Assembly: GCA_037310415.1 (NCBI GenBank)
Contig: CP147780.1
Span: 1,280,001-1,344,000, forward strand
Direction: 5' to 3'
From: Candidatus Atabeyarchaeum deiterrae
Lineage (GTDB): Archaea; Asgardarchaeota; Atabeyarchaeia; Atabeyarchaeales; Atabeyarchaeaceae
Length of the DNA: 64,000 nucleotides
The position numbers and the translations under genes are program-made. The notes below the pieces were generated by a model. The model did no database searches and was not told the DNA's origin. It worked only from the letters and a program-made list of their open reading frames with translations. Of this stretch, positions 9,947 through 19,625 are shown piece after piece (position 1 is the first letter of the stretch; each line of letters begins with the position of its first letter).

Positions 9947-11044
9947 TCACACCTCCAACAACTCATGAAGAGCCTTAACGCATCTTAGGTTATCTTCCAT
10001 TGTGGACACAGTAATACGAACATACTCTCCTTCAAGTCCCTTTGCACCAGTATAGTTCCTCACGAGAATCCCGCGCTGCATGAGCCCCATCTCTATCTTT
10101 CCTATAGGTAATTGACTATTCTCTAGCTTCACAAGTATAAAGTTTGTCTCAGAAGGATAGGGTCTTAGACCCTCAATTTTCGAGAACTCGTCGAACAGGA
10201 ATGTCCTTCCCTCAACTATCTTCCGAACGTTGCCTTGGGCATATTTGATGTCCTTCAAAGCTGCTACTGCTACCTTCTCGGCCAACAAGCTAACAGTGAA
10301 TGCGGGTCGCGCTCGTTCCAGATACTTTATGACTTTCAAGCTGCTTAATGCGTAACCAACTCTTAGACCAGCTAGACTGAACGCTTTTGAGAGCGTTCTG
10401 AGGCAAATCAAGTTCTCGTATTTGTCGATCAGTTTTGTGAGGCTTTTGCCGCAGAATTCATAGTAGGCTTCATCAAGTAGCAGTAGGACACCGGTGTCAA
10501 GTATCCTTTCTACATCCTCTTCAGGGACTACGCTTCCTACAGGGTTGTCTGGTCTGATAACAACAACGATCCTTGTCCTAGGGCTTATCTTCCTTAGTAT
10601 TCCGTCAATGTCGTATCTGAGGTCAGGTCTGGGTTTTGGGACATCCACGATATTTGCTCCAGCCACGCGAAGTCTCGCCCTGTATGGCGAGTACGTAGGT
10701 ATTGAGAGTATGGCCTCGTCTCCAGTTTCGATGAACGCTCTCGAAACAAGGTCTATTATCTCAGTTGAGCCATTTGCGACCATGATGCTTCCAGTCGTGA
10801 GCCCAGTGTAAGATGAGAGCGCTTCACGAAGTTCAAAATAGGATGAATCAGGGTACCACCCTAGTTGGTCGAACGCACCGTTCATGGCTTCCCTGACTTT
10901 GGGAGAAGGCGGATAAGGACTCTCATTCCCCATCATTCTGGCAAAGTCACTTCGATCCTTGTATAGGACACGAAGGATTGCCGTGGGATTATAGGGCTCA
11001 ACTTCCTTAACATACGGCTTGAAGAATCTGCTTACGTCTGGCAT
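9947..11044 (-). CDS. hisC: Histidinol-phosphate aminotransferase family (PLP class I/II)
   Basis: Motifs NESPY, YPD, NGSTE, PDNPVG, DEAYYEF, RTLSKAFSLAGLRVGY (PLP Lys), NFILV, RITVS. Start moved to 'MPDVSRFF' (ORF track starts at 11110). Confidence 0.85.
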   Translation of the reverse strand: MPDVSRFFKPYVKEVEPYNPTAILRVLYKDRSDFARMMGNESPYPPSPKVREAMNGAFDQLGWYPDSSYFELREALSSYTGLTTGSIMVANGSTEIIDLVSRAFIETGDEAILSIPTYSPYRARLRVAGANIVDVPKPRPDLRYDIDGILRKISPRTRIVVVIRPDNPVGSVVPEEDVERILDTGVLLLLDEAYYEFCGKSLTKLIDKYENLICLRTLSKAFSLAGLRVGYALSSLKVIKYLERARPAFTVSLLAEKVAVAALKDIKYAQGNVRKIVEGRTFLFDEFSKIEGLRPYPSETNFILVKLENSQLPIGKIEMGLMQRGILVRNYTGAKGLEGEYVRITVSTMEDNLRCVKALHELLEV

Positions 11045-11307
11045 TTCTCGCTTTACTTCCTGAACAACGCTTGCAGCAAGGGGACAGCCATATAACCCTC
11101 CATATGGCAAACCGTATTAGATAACGTTTATTGCTAGAACTGATGCCGCGTGTTTGCGAATCGTAGTGATAGAACTACTCCTCTAATGGCAACTCTGGCG
11201 TCATATGTCTTCGACAGGTCTTACGCTGAGAAATCGGTTCTCAGAAAACAAGATTGCTGAAGCGCTTCCCAAGATATGAGGGCAACCAGACAGAAAAACC
11301 AGACTTG

Positions 11308-11409
11308 CTAGGACCCGAGCCTTGGATCCATCATAACAGTCTTTGAATTCCTCTTCTGCAGCTTCTTGTAGATTATCCGTCTATCCCTCTTCAGAACCTG
11401 CTCTTTCAA
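11308..11409 (-). CDS. Candidate 33-aa basic peptide MKEQVLKRDRRIIYKKLQKRNSKTVMMDPRLGS (below the ORF-track cutoff)
   Basis: Read manually: TTG start 6 nt after GGGGG (11416-11420), TAG stop at 11308-11310. Divergent from the radical SAM gene. Confidence 0.35.
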   Translation of the reverse strand: MKEQVLKRDRRIIYKKLQKRNSKTVMMDPRLGS

Positions 11410-11553
11410 CACGATCCCCCTTAATTAGGTTGTCACATACTTCGCCTTTTCTCAAATCATGTCGGGAGGAGACTAGTGTAACTCTAATCTCCCTTTTATG
11501 TTTTTCGACCATGGAGAACTATTCTTGATTTCTATGTTATGCGAATGTAATAG

Positions 11554-11562
11554 TTTAAAATA
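11554..11562. promoter_or_regulatory. TATA-like element TTTAAAATA in the divergent region upstream of the radical SAM gene
   Basis: AT-rich box about 75 nt before the TTG at 11637. It reads TATTTTAAA on the minus strand, about 40 nt before an ATG at 11512. Confidence 0.4.
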
Positions 11563-11636
11563 ATAGTGTCGCAAGAGGCTTATCATAGCAAGATAGATTG
11601 CTGAGATTACTTTGCAAATCTAAGTTGGTCTAGACC

Positions 11637-13502
11637 TTGGCTGCCAAGATAATGCTGGTGGATCCTCCGATCCATCACTTGGTGTCTCAATTTGTGGGTG
11701 GCGTCTACTGGTATCCTTCACTTGCAGTCAGTTACCTAAGATCTGTACTCTCTTCTGTCAATGTGGAAAGTGATTGTAGGCATTGGAATGGCGAGTTCCA
11801 TAACTTTCTGGCTGATGAGCTAGATGTGATCGAGCCAGAGGATGCCATACTGGCGCTCTACACCTTCTCCTCGATGCTTTTTCCAGACTATTACGAGAAG
11901 AAAGGCACTGAAATACTGAGAACCGTCAGAGACGTGGTGAAGGAGAACCGGGACTACGATCTTGGCGACCGATATGCTTTCTTTGAATCTGAAGGCAAGA
12001 ATTGGATCGATGAGTGGATTACGGACATCGATTGGACCAATTACACACTCGTCGGAATCTCGGCTGTCACTCTAACGCAACTTATTCCTGGATTGTACTT
12101 GGCAAGACTGGTAAAACAAGCCAGTCCCAGAACACTTACTGTTTTCGGTGGATTTGCTACACATGGCAACTTCGGTGCGAAACTTATCGAAGTTTTTGAT
12201 GAAATCGACATAATTGCTGACGGCGAAGGCGAACCAATCATCAAAGACTTGGCCGCAAGCCTCGACACAAAAATGGAAATCGGCTCAGTAAAAGGGACCA
12301 TTCAACGGCATGGCTGGAACATTGTGCGCAATCCTCCCCAACCATTAATCTCAGATTTGTCTTCACTTCCCTTCCCAGATTACAGCACATATCCGAATTC
12401 AGACAAGATCGAAGAACTGCTCATAGAAATGGGAAGAGGCTGTCCATGGGGAAAATGTGCCTTTTGCACTTCTTTTGCGAGTCAAATCTATCGATCCCGT
12501 CCAGCCGAACGAGTATTCGAAGAACTGCTCTATGAGAGCGATCGGCACAAGACTAGGCGTTTCGTGTTTGTCGACCTAGACTTACTCGGTAACGTCAAGA
12601 ACCTAGAGAGATTGTGCGGTCTTCTGATCGCTGAGGGTCGCGACTTCGACCTGTTCGCGGAAGCTTGCCCACAAGGTGTCACGAAGGACCTACTCGAAAA
12701 GATGTACCGAGCAGGGTTTAGAAGACTGCAAGTTGGTTTTGAATCATTTAGCGATCCTCTCCTAAGGAAAATGGTGAAAGACTCCAAGGTGATAGACAAC
12801 CTGAAGGTTCTCAAGTGGGGAAAGGAGCTTGGAGTGAAGGTTGCAGGGAACATGATCATCGGCTTCCCAGGTGAGACTATTGAAGACCTGAAAAAATGCC
12901 TTCAGGTCATCAGAAGCTGTAACCATCTAGTTCAGTACGTGACGACAGCCGACTTCAATCTCAACTACGGATCGAATGTTTATACATCGCCTAAACAGTA
13001 TGGAGTAACAATAAAATTCGGAACCGACCTAGAAAACTTCAGCAAAGACGAAGTGGCACGCTTGATGTTCGGGCAGGACATCTTTCCTTGGCTCAGGGAC
13101 AACATCAAAGACGAAATACTCCAGTACTTCTACCCATTCAAGAAAGAGAACGAAGAAGCCGCTACCACCAAACAGCTGTCAAGACTCAGAAGAGTCATTG
13201 ACGAATCACTCAGCAAATGGCAAATGGAGAACCCCAAGCTCGAATTCTACGATATGAAAACGTATCTGCAAATCAGAGATGAACGAACACACAGAGTCAC
13301 AAAGTTCTTCACAATGGAAGCCAATGAAAGGGACATATTCATACTTTGCGAGAATGTCCAGACGCTAGAATCTCTGCATCAAGCTCTTCCACACTTAACC
13401 AAGGAGCACATCAAGGAGAAACTTGATCTCTTCATGGAACATGAACTCGTCTACGGCGGGGAGGGTGAGGAGTACATCAACTTGCCCATCAAAGGGCGAT
13501 AG
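11637..13502 (+). CDS. B12-binding radical SAM protein, RiPP-maturation type (TIGR03975-like)
   Basis: N-terminal 'P...PSLAVSYLRSVL'; B12 domain 'LVGIS....Q...L.LA..VK...P...TVFGG'; 'DGEGE'; 'LPFPDYS.Y'; 'EMGRGCPWGKCAFC'; 'LQVGFESFS..LL..M.K'; 'N.IIGFPGET'. C-terminal 'LQIRDER...IF.LCE....L..L...L..F.EHELV.....YINLP' is a winged-helix/RRE-like tail. Confidence 0.8.
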   Translation: MAAKIMLVDPPIHHLVSQFVGGVYWYPSLAVSYLRSVLSSVNVESDCRHWNGEFHNFLADELDVIEPEDAILALYTFSSMLFPDYYEKKGTEILRTVRDVVKENRDYDLGDRYAFFESEGKNWIDEWITDIDWTNYTLVGISAVTLTQLIPGLYLARLVKQASPRTLTVFGGFATHGNFGAKLIEVFDEIDIIADGEGEPIIKDLAASLDTKMEIGSVKGTIQRHGWNIVRNPPQPLISDLSSLPFPDYSTYPNSDKIEELLIEMGRGCPWGKCAFCTSFASQIYRSRPAERVFEELLYESDRHKTRRFVFVDLDLLGNVKNLERLCGLLIAEGRDFDLFAEACPQGVTKDLLEKMYRAGFRRLQVGFESFSDPLLRKMVKDSKVIDNLKVLKWGKELGVKVAGNMIIGFPGETIEDLKKCLQVIRSCNHLVQYVTTADFNLNYGSNVYTSPKQYGVTIKFGTDLENFSKDEVARLMFGQDIFPWLRDNIKDEILQYFYPFKKENEEAATTKQLSRLRRVIDESLSKWQMENPKLEFYDMKTYLQIRDERTHRVTKFFTMEANERDIFILCENVQTLESLHQALPHLTKEHIKEKLDLFMEHELVYGGEGEEYINLPIKGR

Positions 13503-13560
13503 GTGAAAAGAAGGTCGAGAGAAATGCATCTTCCGGTTATCTATTTTGCATTACGTGCGA

Positions 13561-14850
13561 CTACCTCTCCTCGACGGAGTTCTGTGATTTCTTCTTCGCT
13601 TCTTCCATGACTATTCGCTCAACTTCTCTGAAAGGTTTCCCGATTTCAATCGATATGCTTCTAACGTCTTCATACTCAGGCTTCAGGTTGAGGATCCTCC
13701 CATCGTTGCTTCTTGCGACCTTCACTCTAACATTCCTGACAATATTCCCTATCTGGACTTCAACTGGTTCTACCTCACGAGATAGAACAAACCTCTTGAC
13801 TGGATAGCTACGAACACCAAGTGTCCCAGTCTCATCGATTATCATACGTGATATCCTTTCGACCTCTCCCTCATCAACGATGACCTTCAGTATTTGACCA
13901 GGACGACTCTTTTTCATCATGACAGGAACAACGCAGACATCCCTAACTCCTTCACTTATCAATCGCTCCATCAAGAAACCGATGATCTCACCGCTAACGT
14001 CATCCAGATTCGTCTCTAAAACATAAACTCCATCGGTCAGGAGCCCATGGTCGATTTGGTCTCCAATGACAATCCTGAGGATGTTCGGCACCTCAACGAA
14101 GTCTCTTCTCCCAGCACCATAGCCAGTCGCGCGAGGTCTAAAATTGGGATAGAGTCTGCTAACTTCCTTGTTCACAATGTTCACCAAAATGGAAGCTCCT
14201 GTGGGTGTCGCCAATTCTGCTTCTACAGGGCCTCCTATCATTGGGAAACCCGACCCGCGAAGAATCTCAAGTGTGACAGGTCCAGGTGACTGAAATACTC
14301 CGTGAGAGAACTTGAAAAGCCCCCCACCCACTGCTACAGGCGTACAATAAACAGCCATACTGGGAAATACGTGTAAGTCATCAAGCGCTGTAGCGGCTCC
14401 GACTATGTCGGCGACTGTATCGGTTGATCCGAGTTCGCCCAATTCAACTTCGCTCACATCCACTTTGCCATGAACTTTCATTTCAGCTTCGAACAACGTG
14501 TCAACGGTTCTCAATGCAAAGTTTCTTGCATCGTCAGACAACTCCAACCCGCGGATGGATTCACTAACAGCACGCTTCACTGAAGAAGCGCTCCTACCTT
14601 CGCCTATCTCTAAGGGATCCTCCTCTATCTCTATATCAACTTGTTTGGCTTTGATCTCTTTCTTGGCAACGTCCTTGATGTTGACATCAATGCGCCTGCA
14701 CCAATCGACATGAGCCTTGACAGACTCAATGGCGTTTACGACCCTTGATTCACTTGCACCTACTCCAAGTAACGCGGCGATTATCATGTCTCCAGAGATC
14801 CCAGACAGCTGGCAATCCACAACCATGACCTGATTGCTCGGTTTCTCCAC
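13561..14850 (-). CDS. larC: Nickel-pincer cofactor nickel-insertion protein LarC
   Basis: Motifs DCQLSGISGDM, EAE.KVHG, ELG..DTVADIVG, ELATPTGA, GYGAG, PNILR, LETNLDD.SGE, MKKSRPG, ETGTLGVR, KPEYED. Confidence 0.95.
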   Translation of the reverse strand: MEKPSNQVMVVDCQLSGISGDMIIAALLGVGASESRVVNAIESVKAHVDWCRRIDVNIKDVAKKEIKAKQVDIEIEEDPLEIGEGRSASSVKRAVSESIRGLELSDDARNFALRTVDTLFEAEMKVHGKVDVSEVELGELGSTDTVADIVGAATALDDLHVFPSMAVYCTPVAVGGGLFKFSHGVFQSPGPVTLEILRGSGFPMIGGPVEAELATPTGASILVNIVNKEVSRLYPNFRPRATGYGAGRRDFVEVPNILRIVIGDQIDHGLLTDGVYVLETNLDDVSGEIIGFLMERLISEGVRDVCVVPVMMKKSRPGQILKVIVDEGEVERISRMIIDETGTLGVRSYPVKRFVLSREVEPVEVQIGNIVRNVRVKVARSNDGRILNLKPEYEDVRSISIEIGKPFREVERIVMEEAKKKSQNSVEER

Positions 14851-14973
14851 AGCACATCCCGTCCTTTCTTCTTGAGGATAGCATCACCTTATAATACGTT
14901 GCAAAACATAGAGTAAGGTGCCTCTATAAAAATATGGGCTTACAGATGAAAACACAACTGGGCGTAGGTTCAT

Positions 14974-15753
14974 TTGAGAGACATCTTGGAGAAACTGGCC
15001 GCGGGGGAAATATCAGTAGATGAAGCTGAGAAACTGCTCAAGCTCTTCCTCATCGAAGAAGTAGGCAATATGGCCAGAATAGATATAGGCAGGGAACAGA
15101 GGAGAGGCGTCCCTGAGATAATTCTTGCCGAAGGAAAAACCCCCGAGGACGTTGTGGAAATAGCTACTAAACTTCTAGAAAACTCCGGCAGAGCAATTCT
15201 GAGCAGAGTTCAGAAAGAGCATATCGAAGCTTTGGAGAGAAGATCCAAGCGAGGCTCCTCTGGCACAATGATCATATACGAAAAGGCCAGAATCGTGGTG
15301 CTACACACAAAGGACTATCAAACACAAAAGACTGGTGGAAAAATAGGCATCTTGGCCGCAGGAACTACGGACATTCCAGTTGCAGAGGAAGTCAGAGTGA
15401 TCGCTGAAGAAATGGGTTGCGAGACAATCGCCGCATATGACGTAGGAGTAGCTGGAATTCACAGATTGTTCCCAGCTCTCAGGGAGTTCATTGAAAAGGA
15501 TGCCGACGTAGCCGTAGCCGTGGCGGGAAGAGAAGGTGCCTTACCATCTGTTGTCGCGGGCCTGCTCGATATCCCGATTATTGCGGTACCCACTTCAACA
15601 GGTTATGGGATGGGTGAAAAGGGTATGAGCGCGCTAACAGCAATGCTCCAAGCATGCGCCCTCGGAATAGCAGTAGTGAACATTGACGCAGGAGTTGCTG
15701 CAGGAACCGTGGCGGCACTAATAGCCAACCGCATAGCCAAGAAAGCTAAGTAA
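14974..15753 (+). CDS. larB: Nickel-pincer cofactor carboxylase LarB
   Basis: Motifs 'ARID..RE.RRGVPE.I.AEGKT', 'AGTTDIPVAEE', 'DVGVAGIHRL', 'AGREGALPSVVAGL...PIIAVPTS.GYG', 'ML.AC..GI.VVNID'. Confidence 0.95.
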   Translation: MRDILEKLAAGEISVDEAEKLLKLFLIEEVGNMARIDIGREQRRGVPEIILAEGKTPEDVVEIATKLLENSGRAILSRVQKEHIEALERRSKRGSSGTMIIYEKARIVVLHTKDYQTQKTGGKIGILAAGTTDIPVAEEVRVIAEEMGCETIAAYDVGVAGIHRLFPALREFIEKDADVAVAVAGREGALPSVVAGLLDIPIIAVPTSTGYGMGEKGMSALTAMLQACALGIAVVNIDAGVAAGTVAALIANRIAKKAK

Positions 15754-16011
15754 ACCTCATCTATTCTCTTTTTATGTTAGTAGGCAAAGCAACCCTCAGA
15801 AGATTGTTCACGCCAGTAAGTAATCGGATTTCTAATGAAGCCAAATGCCTACCCTTCAATTTCCTTTTGGGAAGACTGCCTTACAACCAGCAGACAACAC
15901 ACGTCGTGGCAAGGACAAGCAAAACGATATATCCAACGTCAACACGATCACATATCACAACTTCTGACGGTAACACTTCAAGTCAGTAAGATAAGGAGGA
16001 AGAAAAGGGAC

Positions 16012-17505
16012 TTGACTAGTATCTACAATGCCATAGAAGATATTGTAGGATCGAAATACGTATCTGAGGAAGACTTTGTCCGCCAGACTTATGGCAAGAG
16101 CATAGATGCTGCTCTACCTGAGCGCTGGCCTGACGTTGTCGTCCGCCCTGGATCCACCGACGAGGTGTCACAGATCCTTCACATCGCCAACAGATTCAAG
16201 GCTCCAGTTATTCCGCGAGGAGGAGCATGTGACCTCTCGGGGGGTTCAAAGCCAGTAGAGGCTGGCGGAATAGTAATAGACTTGACACGAATGGACAAGA
16301 TAATCAATATTGATGAACAAACGTTGACAGTCACAGCTCAGTCAGGAATAACATGGGCTCAACTCAATGGGGTTCTATTCGAGAAGGGATACTACACTGG
16401 AAACCTTGGTCCGGGCAGCGGTCTCTCGGCGACGATTGGCGGCGGGCTCTCGCACCATAGTGTCGGAGGCGGAGGAGGCGCAAAGTACGGAACATGCACT
16501 CAGCATGTTGTGGCGCTTCAAGTCGTCTTGCCCCAAGGCGACATAGTACAGACAGGCTCAAACTCAAGCATATACGTTAAGGAACCATTCTGCAGATATG
16601 GACTTGGACCAGATCTCTGCGCCATGTTCCTCGGGGATCAAGGACTTCTCGGAGTGAAAACAGAGGCAACCTTGGAGATATTTCCAAAACCGCCATACCA
16701 TGCTGCCAAAACATTTACATTGAAAGAACCATCTGATGTCAAAGCCGCCAAGATATGGCTGGCTTGGAGAAAGAAAGGCGACCTGGGCATATACGACTCT
16801 CAATATTGGACCCCTCTCTCCGTTCAAGGTTTGACAGGAGGCCTAGTGCCAGCAGTTAACTTCCCGATTGCCAAAGCTTGGAAGGGATTGAACAAGGCGG
16901 TTTTCTTCTACACGATGGAGGGTGAGACCCCAGAAGAGCTCGATTCCAAGCAGAAAATTGTAGACAAGATCGTAGCTGAGAATGGGGGAGAAGCACTTGG
17001 AGACACAATGGAGAAAGGCAACTGGGCGAAATGGCACTATGAGGAAAATGGTCACTGGCAAAACTTCCATGCACTTTGGGGTTCGATAGGACCAGGGAGC
17101 ATGCCGTGTTCCACCGAACATCACCTCCCGATACACAGATTCCCAGAAGTCAACAAGAAACTGGGTGAGTGGGAAATAAAGAACATGGATAAGCTGACAA
17201 AAGCTGGACCAGCTGTGCAGGGATTGGCAATGGCACTACTTTGCGGACATACAACCGTCGAAATGGATTGTGGGCTAGTATGCTGGCCAGACGAAGACAA
17301 GAGGGAGCTGAATTACGAACTCTGGATAGACCAGATCAAAATGCTCGCTAAGGAGGGCATGGTCCCATACATGATGGGCGAGGCCGTAAGCAGAGCAGTC
17401 GTGGCAGCAGGTGCATATCCTGGACCATACTACGACTTCCTGCGTTCAATAAAGAAGACATTGGATCCAAACAGAATCCTCAGCCCAGGAAAATTCTACC
17501 TGTGA
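16012..17505 (+). CDS. FAD-binding oxidoreductase, GlcD/D-lactate dehydrogenase (VAO) family
   Basis: Motifs 'PDVVVRP.ST.EVS.I', 'PVIPRGG...LSGG', 'ATIGG', 'L.VVLP.G', 'G..G.LGV.TE', 'IKK.LDPN.IL.PGK'. The TTG at 16012 follows a purine-rich RBS (ORF track starts at 15835). Confidence 0.88.
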   Translation: MTSIYNAIEDIVGSKYVSEEDFVRQTYGKSIDAALPERWPDVVVRPGSTDEVSQILHIANRFKAPVIPRGGACDLSGGSKPVEAGGIVIDLTRMDKIINIDEQTLTVTAQSGITWAQLNGVLFEKGYYTGNLGPGSGLSATIGGGLSHHSVGGGGGAKYGTCTQHVVALQVVLPQGDIVQTGSNSSIYVKEPFCRYGLGPDLCAMFLGDQGLLGVKTEATLEIFPKPPYHAAKTFTLKEPSDVKAAKIWLAWRKKGDLGIYDSQYWTPLSVQGLTGGLVPAVNFPIAKAWKGLNKAVFFYTMEGETPEELDSKQKIVDKIVAENGGEALGDTMEKGNWAKWHYEENGHWQNFHALWGSIGPGSMPCSTEHHLPIHRFPEVNKKLGEWEIKNMDKLTKAGPAVQGLAMALLCGHTTVEMDCGLVCWPDEDKRELNYELWIDQIKMLAKEGMVPYMMGEAVSRAVVAAGAYPGPYYDFLRSIKKTLDPNRILSPGKFYL

Positions 17506-17526
17506 GAATTACAGAGGAGGATAAAG

Positions 17527-18759
17527 ATGATGTCAAAACAAACGACCAAATTACCGTTCACAAACCTAAGGAAGCTACAGCAAATGGTTGTATCCTGCTC
17601 CCGAATCGGAGACTGCAGACAAATGGTCAAACCAGCGGTAGGGAGATACGATGTATGCCCCGTCAAGGACTATTTGGGTGGATTCGAGCCAATCATAGCG
17701 AGAGGAAGACTCAGGATGGCAGATGGTCTATTGAGAGGTACTCTCCAACCAAGTGACGCGCTAGCAGAGTCAGTTTATCAATGTACGCTATGTGGCAGCT
17801 GCAAGGAGGCATGCCAGAAATCGGGCAATGCTTGCGTAGAGCTCCCAATCAGCCGCTGGATCGACCACGTCAAAGTCTTTGAAGCTTTCAGAGCAGACCT
17901 TGTCGAGTCAGGGTTTGGGCCAATGCCCAGACACAAAGAGATCATGGGGTCGATCGAAAAGGACCACAACCCCTATTTCGAGAAACATGATGAAAGAGGC
18001 AAATGGGTACCAGCGGGCACGCAGCTGTCTGCAAAGGGCAAACTAGTTCTATTCACAGGCTGCACGGAACCGTACAGACAACCAGAAATACTGACCTCAC
18101 TTCTTGGCGTACTTGATGCAGCTGGGGTCAAAGTTGCGGTAATGAACCCGCAAGAGTACTGCTGTGGATCAGTAGCAATTAGAACTGGGAACAAAGCACT
18201 AGCTGAGAAACTCGCGAAGCACAACGTTGAGGCGTTGAAGGAAAGCGGAGCAAAGGATGTGTTGGTTCATTGCTCGGGTTGCTACAGAACCATGAAAGTT
18301 GATTACCCAGAAATTGTCGGGAAACTCCCCTTCAATGTCGTCCATGCAACTGAATTTATCCGCGACCTGATCAAGGATGACAAACTCGAACTACAAGAAG
18401 GCGCGAATGAGGGCAAGGTCACATACCACGACCCGTGCCACTTAGGCAGACAAGCGGGAGTCTACGATGCTCCAAGAGAAGTCCTGAAAGCCATACCTGG
18501 CTTGGAGTTCGTCGAAATGAAAAGGAATAGAGAGAACGCATGGTGTTGCGGAGCTGGAGGAGGAGTCAAGTCAGCTTTCGCAGAAATGGCTGTGAGGGTT
18601 GGAATTGACAGACTAGCTGAGGCCGAAGCAACCAAAGCCAACTTCCTTTCCTCGTCATGCCCGTTCTGCAGGGGAAACTTCATCGACGCCGCTAAAGCTA
18701 AGAAGACAAAACTGCAAGTAAAGGATGTTGTGGAGCTAGTTGCAGGCGCAATAGCATAA
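17527..18759 (+). CDS. Fe-S oxidoreductase subunit, GlcF/HdrD type (ferredoxin + two CCG domains)
   Basis: CTLCGSCKEAC; FTGC...CCG...CSGCY; YHDPCHLGR...CCGAGGG...CPFC. 21 nt downstream of the GlcD-like gene. Confidence 0.92.
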   Translation: MMSKQTTKLPFTNLRKLQQMVVSCSRIGDCRQMVKPAVGRYDVCPVKDYLGGFEPIIARGRLRMADGLLRGTLQPSDALAESVYQCTLCGSCKEACQKSGNACVELPISRWIDHVKVFEAFRADLVESGFGPMPRHKEIMGSIEKDHNPYFEKHDERGKWVPAGTQLSAKGKLVLFTGCTEPYRQPEILTSLLGVLDAAGVKVAVMNPQEYCCGSVAIRTGNKALAEKLAKHNVEALKESGAKDVLVHCSGCYRTMKVDYPEIVGKLPFNVVHATEFIRDLIKDDKLELQEGANEGKVTYHDPCHLGRQAGVYDAPREVLKAIPGLEFVEMKRNRENAWCCGAGGGVKSAFAEMAVRVGIDRLAEAEATKANFLSSSCPFCRGNFIDAAKAKKTKLQVKDVVELVAGAIA

Positions 18760-18943
18760 TGAAAGAGCCTATCCTTTGACTTGGCCTCAGTATCGAGCAG
18801 TGTTCTTCCTTTGGATTGCAGCTGGGAGAGGTTCAACAAACCTTTCCCTCCATGCACCTTAAGGCTCAAGATGATAGAACAACTAGAGATGCTGGCGTTT
18901 GCACAAAAGAAGCATATTGCTGCCAATTCCAAAACGAGATGAC

Positions 18944-19288
18944 TCAGGTACTCATAGCGAATTTCTGATCCTTGTCAATTAGTTCTCCATTCACGCGCTC
19001 GATTATTCTGTTGAACTCCATATACGCTGCTACGACGTTTTTTACCGCATCTCGGCATTCCTTCATTATTCCATGCAGCTCCTCAGGGGAAGATGCCTTA
19101 CGAATGTCAGCAACGATCTCGTCAAGCAAAACTCTTTCGCCAAAAGGATTCACGTCTGACTCAACCGACATTAGAAGTTCAATCGAGTCCTTGGCATGTT
19201 CTTTGAAGATCTCAAAATCTGCGAGTCTTGCCTCTTCAGAGGTCAAACGAGAAGGTAAGCTTGACTTCACGATGTTCCCCTGCTGCAC
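18944..19288 (-). CDS. Hypothetical alpha-helical protein
   Basis: 114-aa ORF with amphipathic, E/K-rich protein-like composition that fills the intergenic gap. Confidence 0.6.
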   Translation of the reverse strand: MQQGNIVKSSLPSRLTSEEARLADFEIFKEHAKDSIELLMSVESDVNPFGERVLLDEIVADIRKASSPEELHGIMKECRDAVKNVVAAYMEFNRIIERVNGELIDKDQKFAMST

Positions 19289-19625
19289 GTTTGCGAATAA
19301 TGCAGAGTCTCTCTAATTCTTCCTGTTAGCTTGAGAGTTCCTATAAAGTTTGTCAAGCAAATAGCAATAATCATCATGGAGATTACGAAAGTCGCAGATC
19401 CCTACCGTCAAAGTTTATTGCCGTACGGAACAGTCACGTTCCTGATTGGATATTTGAGTGAACACTCTTATCGGATCGAAAGCATTCGCCACCGTATCCC
19501 CATGTGATCGTATCAGACGCAGATGAATATCCTGTAGTCGGAACTAGCATATTGAAATACTAGGACCATAATCCGTACTGCTGTGGACCGCAATATCTAC
19601 AACTTCATCGAGGGCTTGGTGTCGA

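Noticed and set aside
11200-11512. TAG read-through (pyrrolysine) joining the 43-aa ORF to about 60 further open codons
   Set aside because: Many well-supported genes here end in TAG at their expected C-terminus, no pyl genes are in view, and the extension has no recognisable motif.
15835-16011. Long N-terminal extensions in the ORF track (also GH38, hisC, MoaD, dnaJ, HAD)
   Set aside because: They do not match the family N-termini, and most have a better RBS-supported start downstream.
18462-18932. 156-aa minus-strand ORF and the many other antisense/overlapping ORFs
   Set aside because: They overlap confident genes, lack motifs and look like shadow ORFs.
19376-19507. 43-codon plus-strand ORF (MEITKVADPY...) and small hairpins in the intergenic gap
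   Set aside because: No RBS or motif; the stems are only 5 bp and expected by chance.
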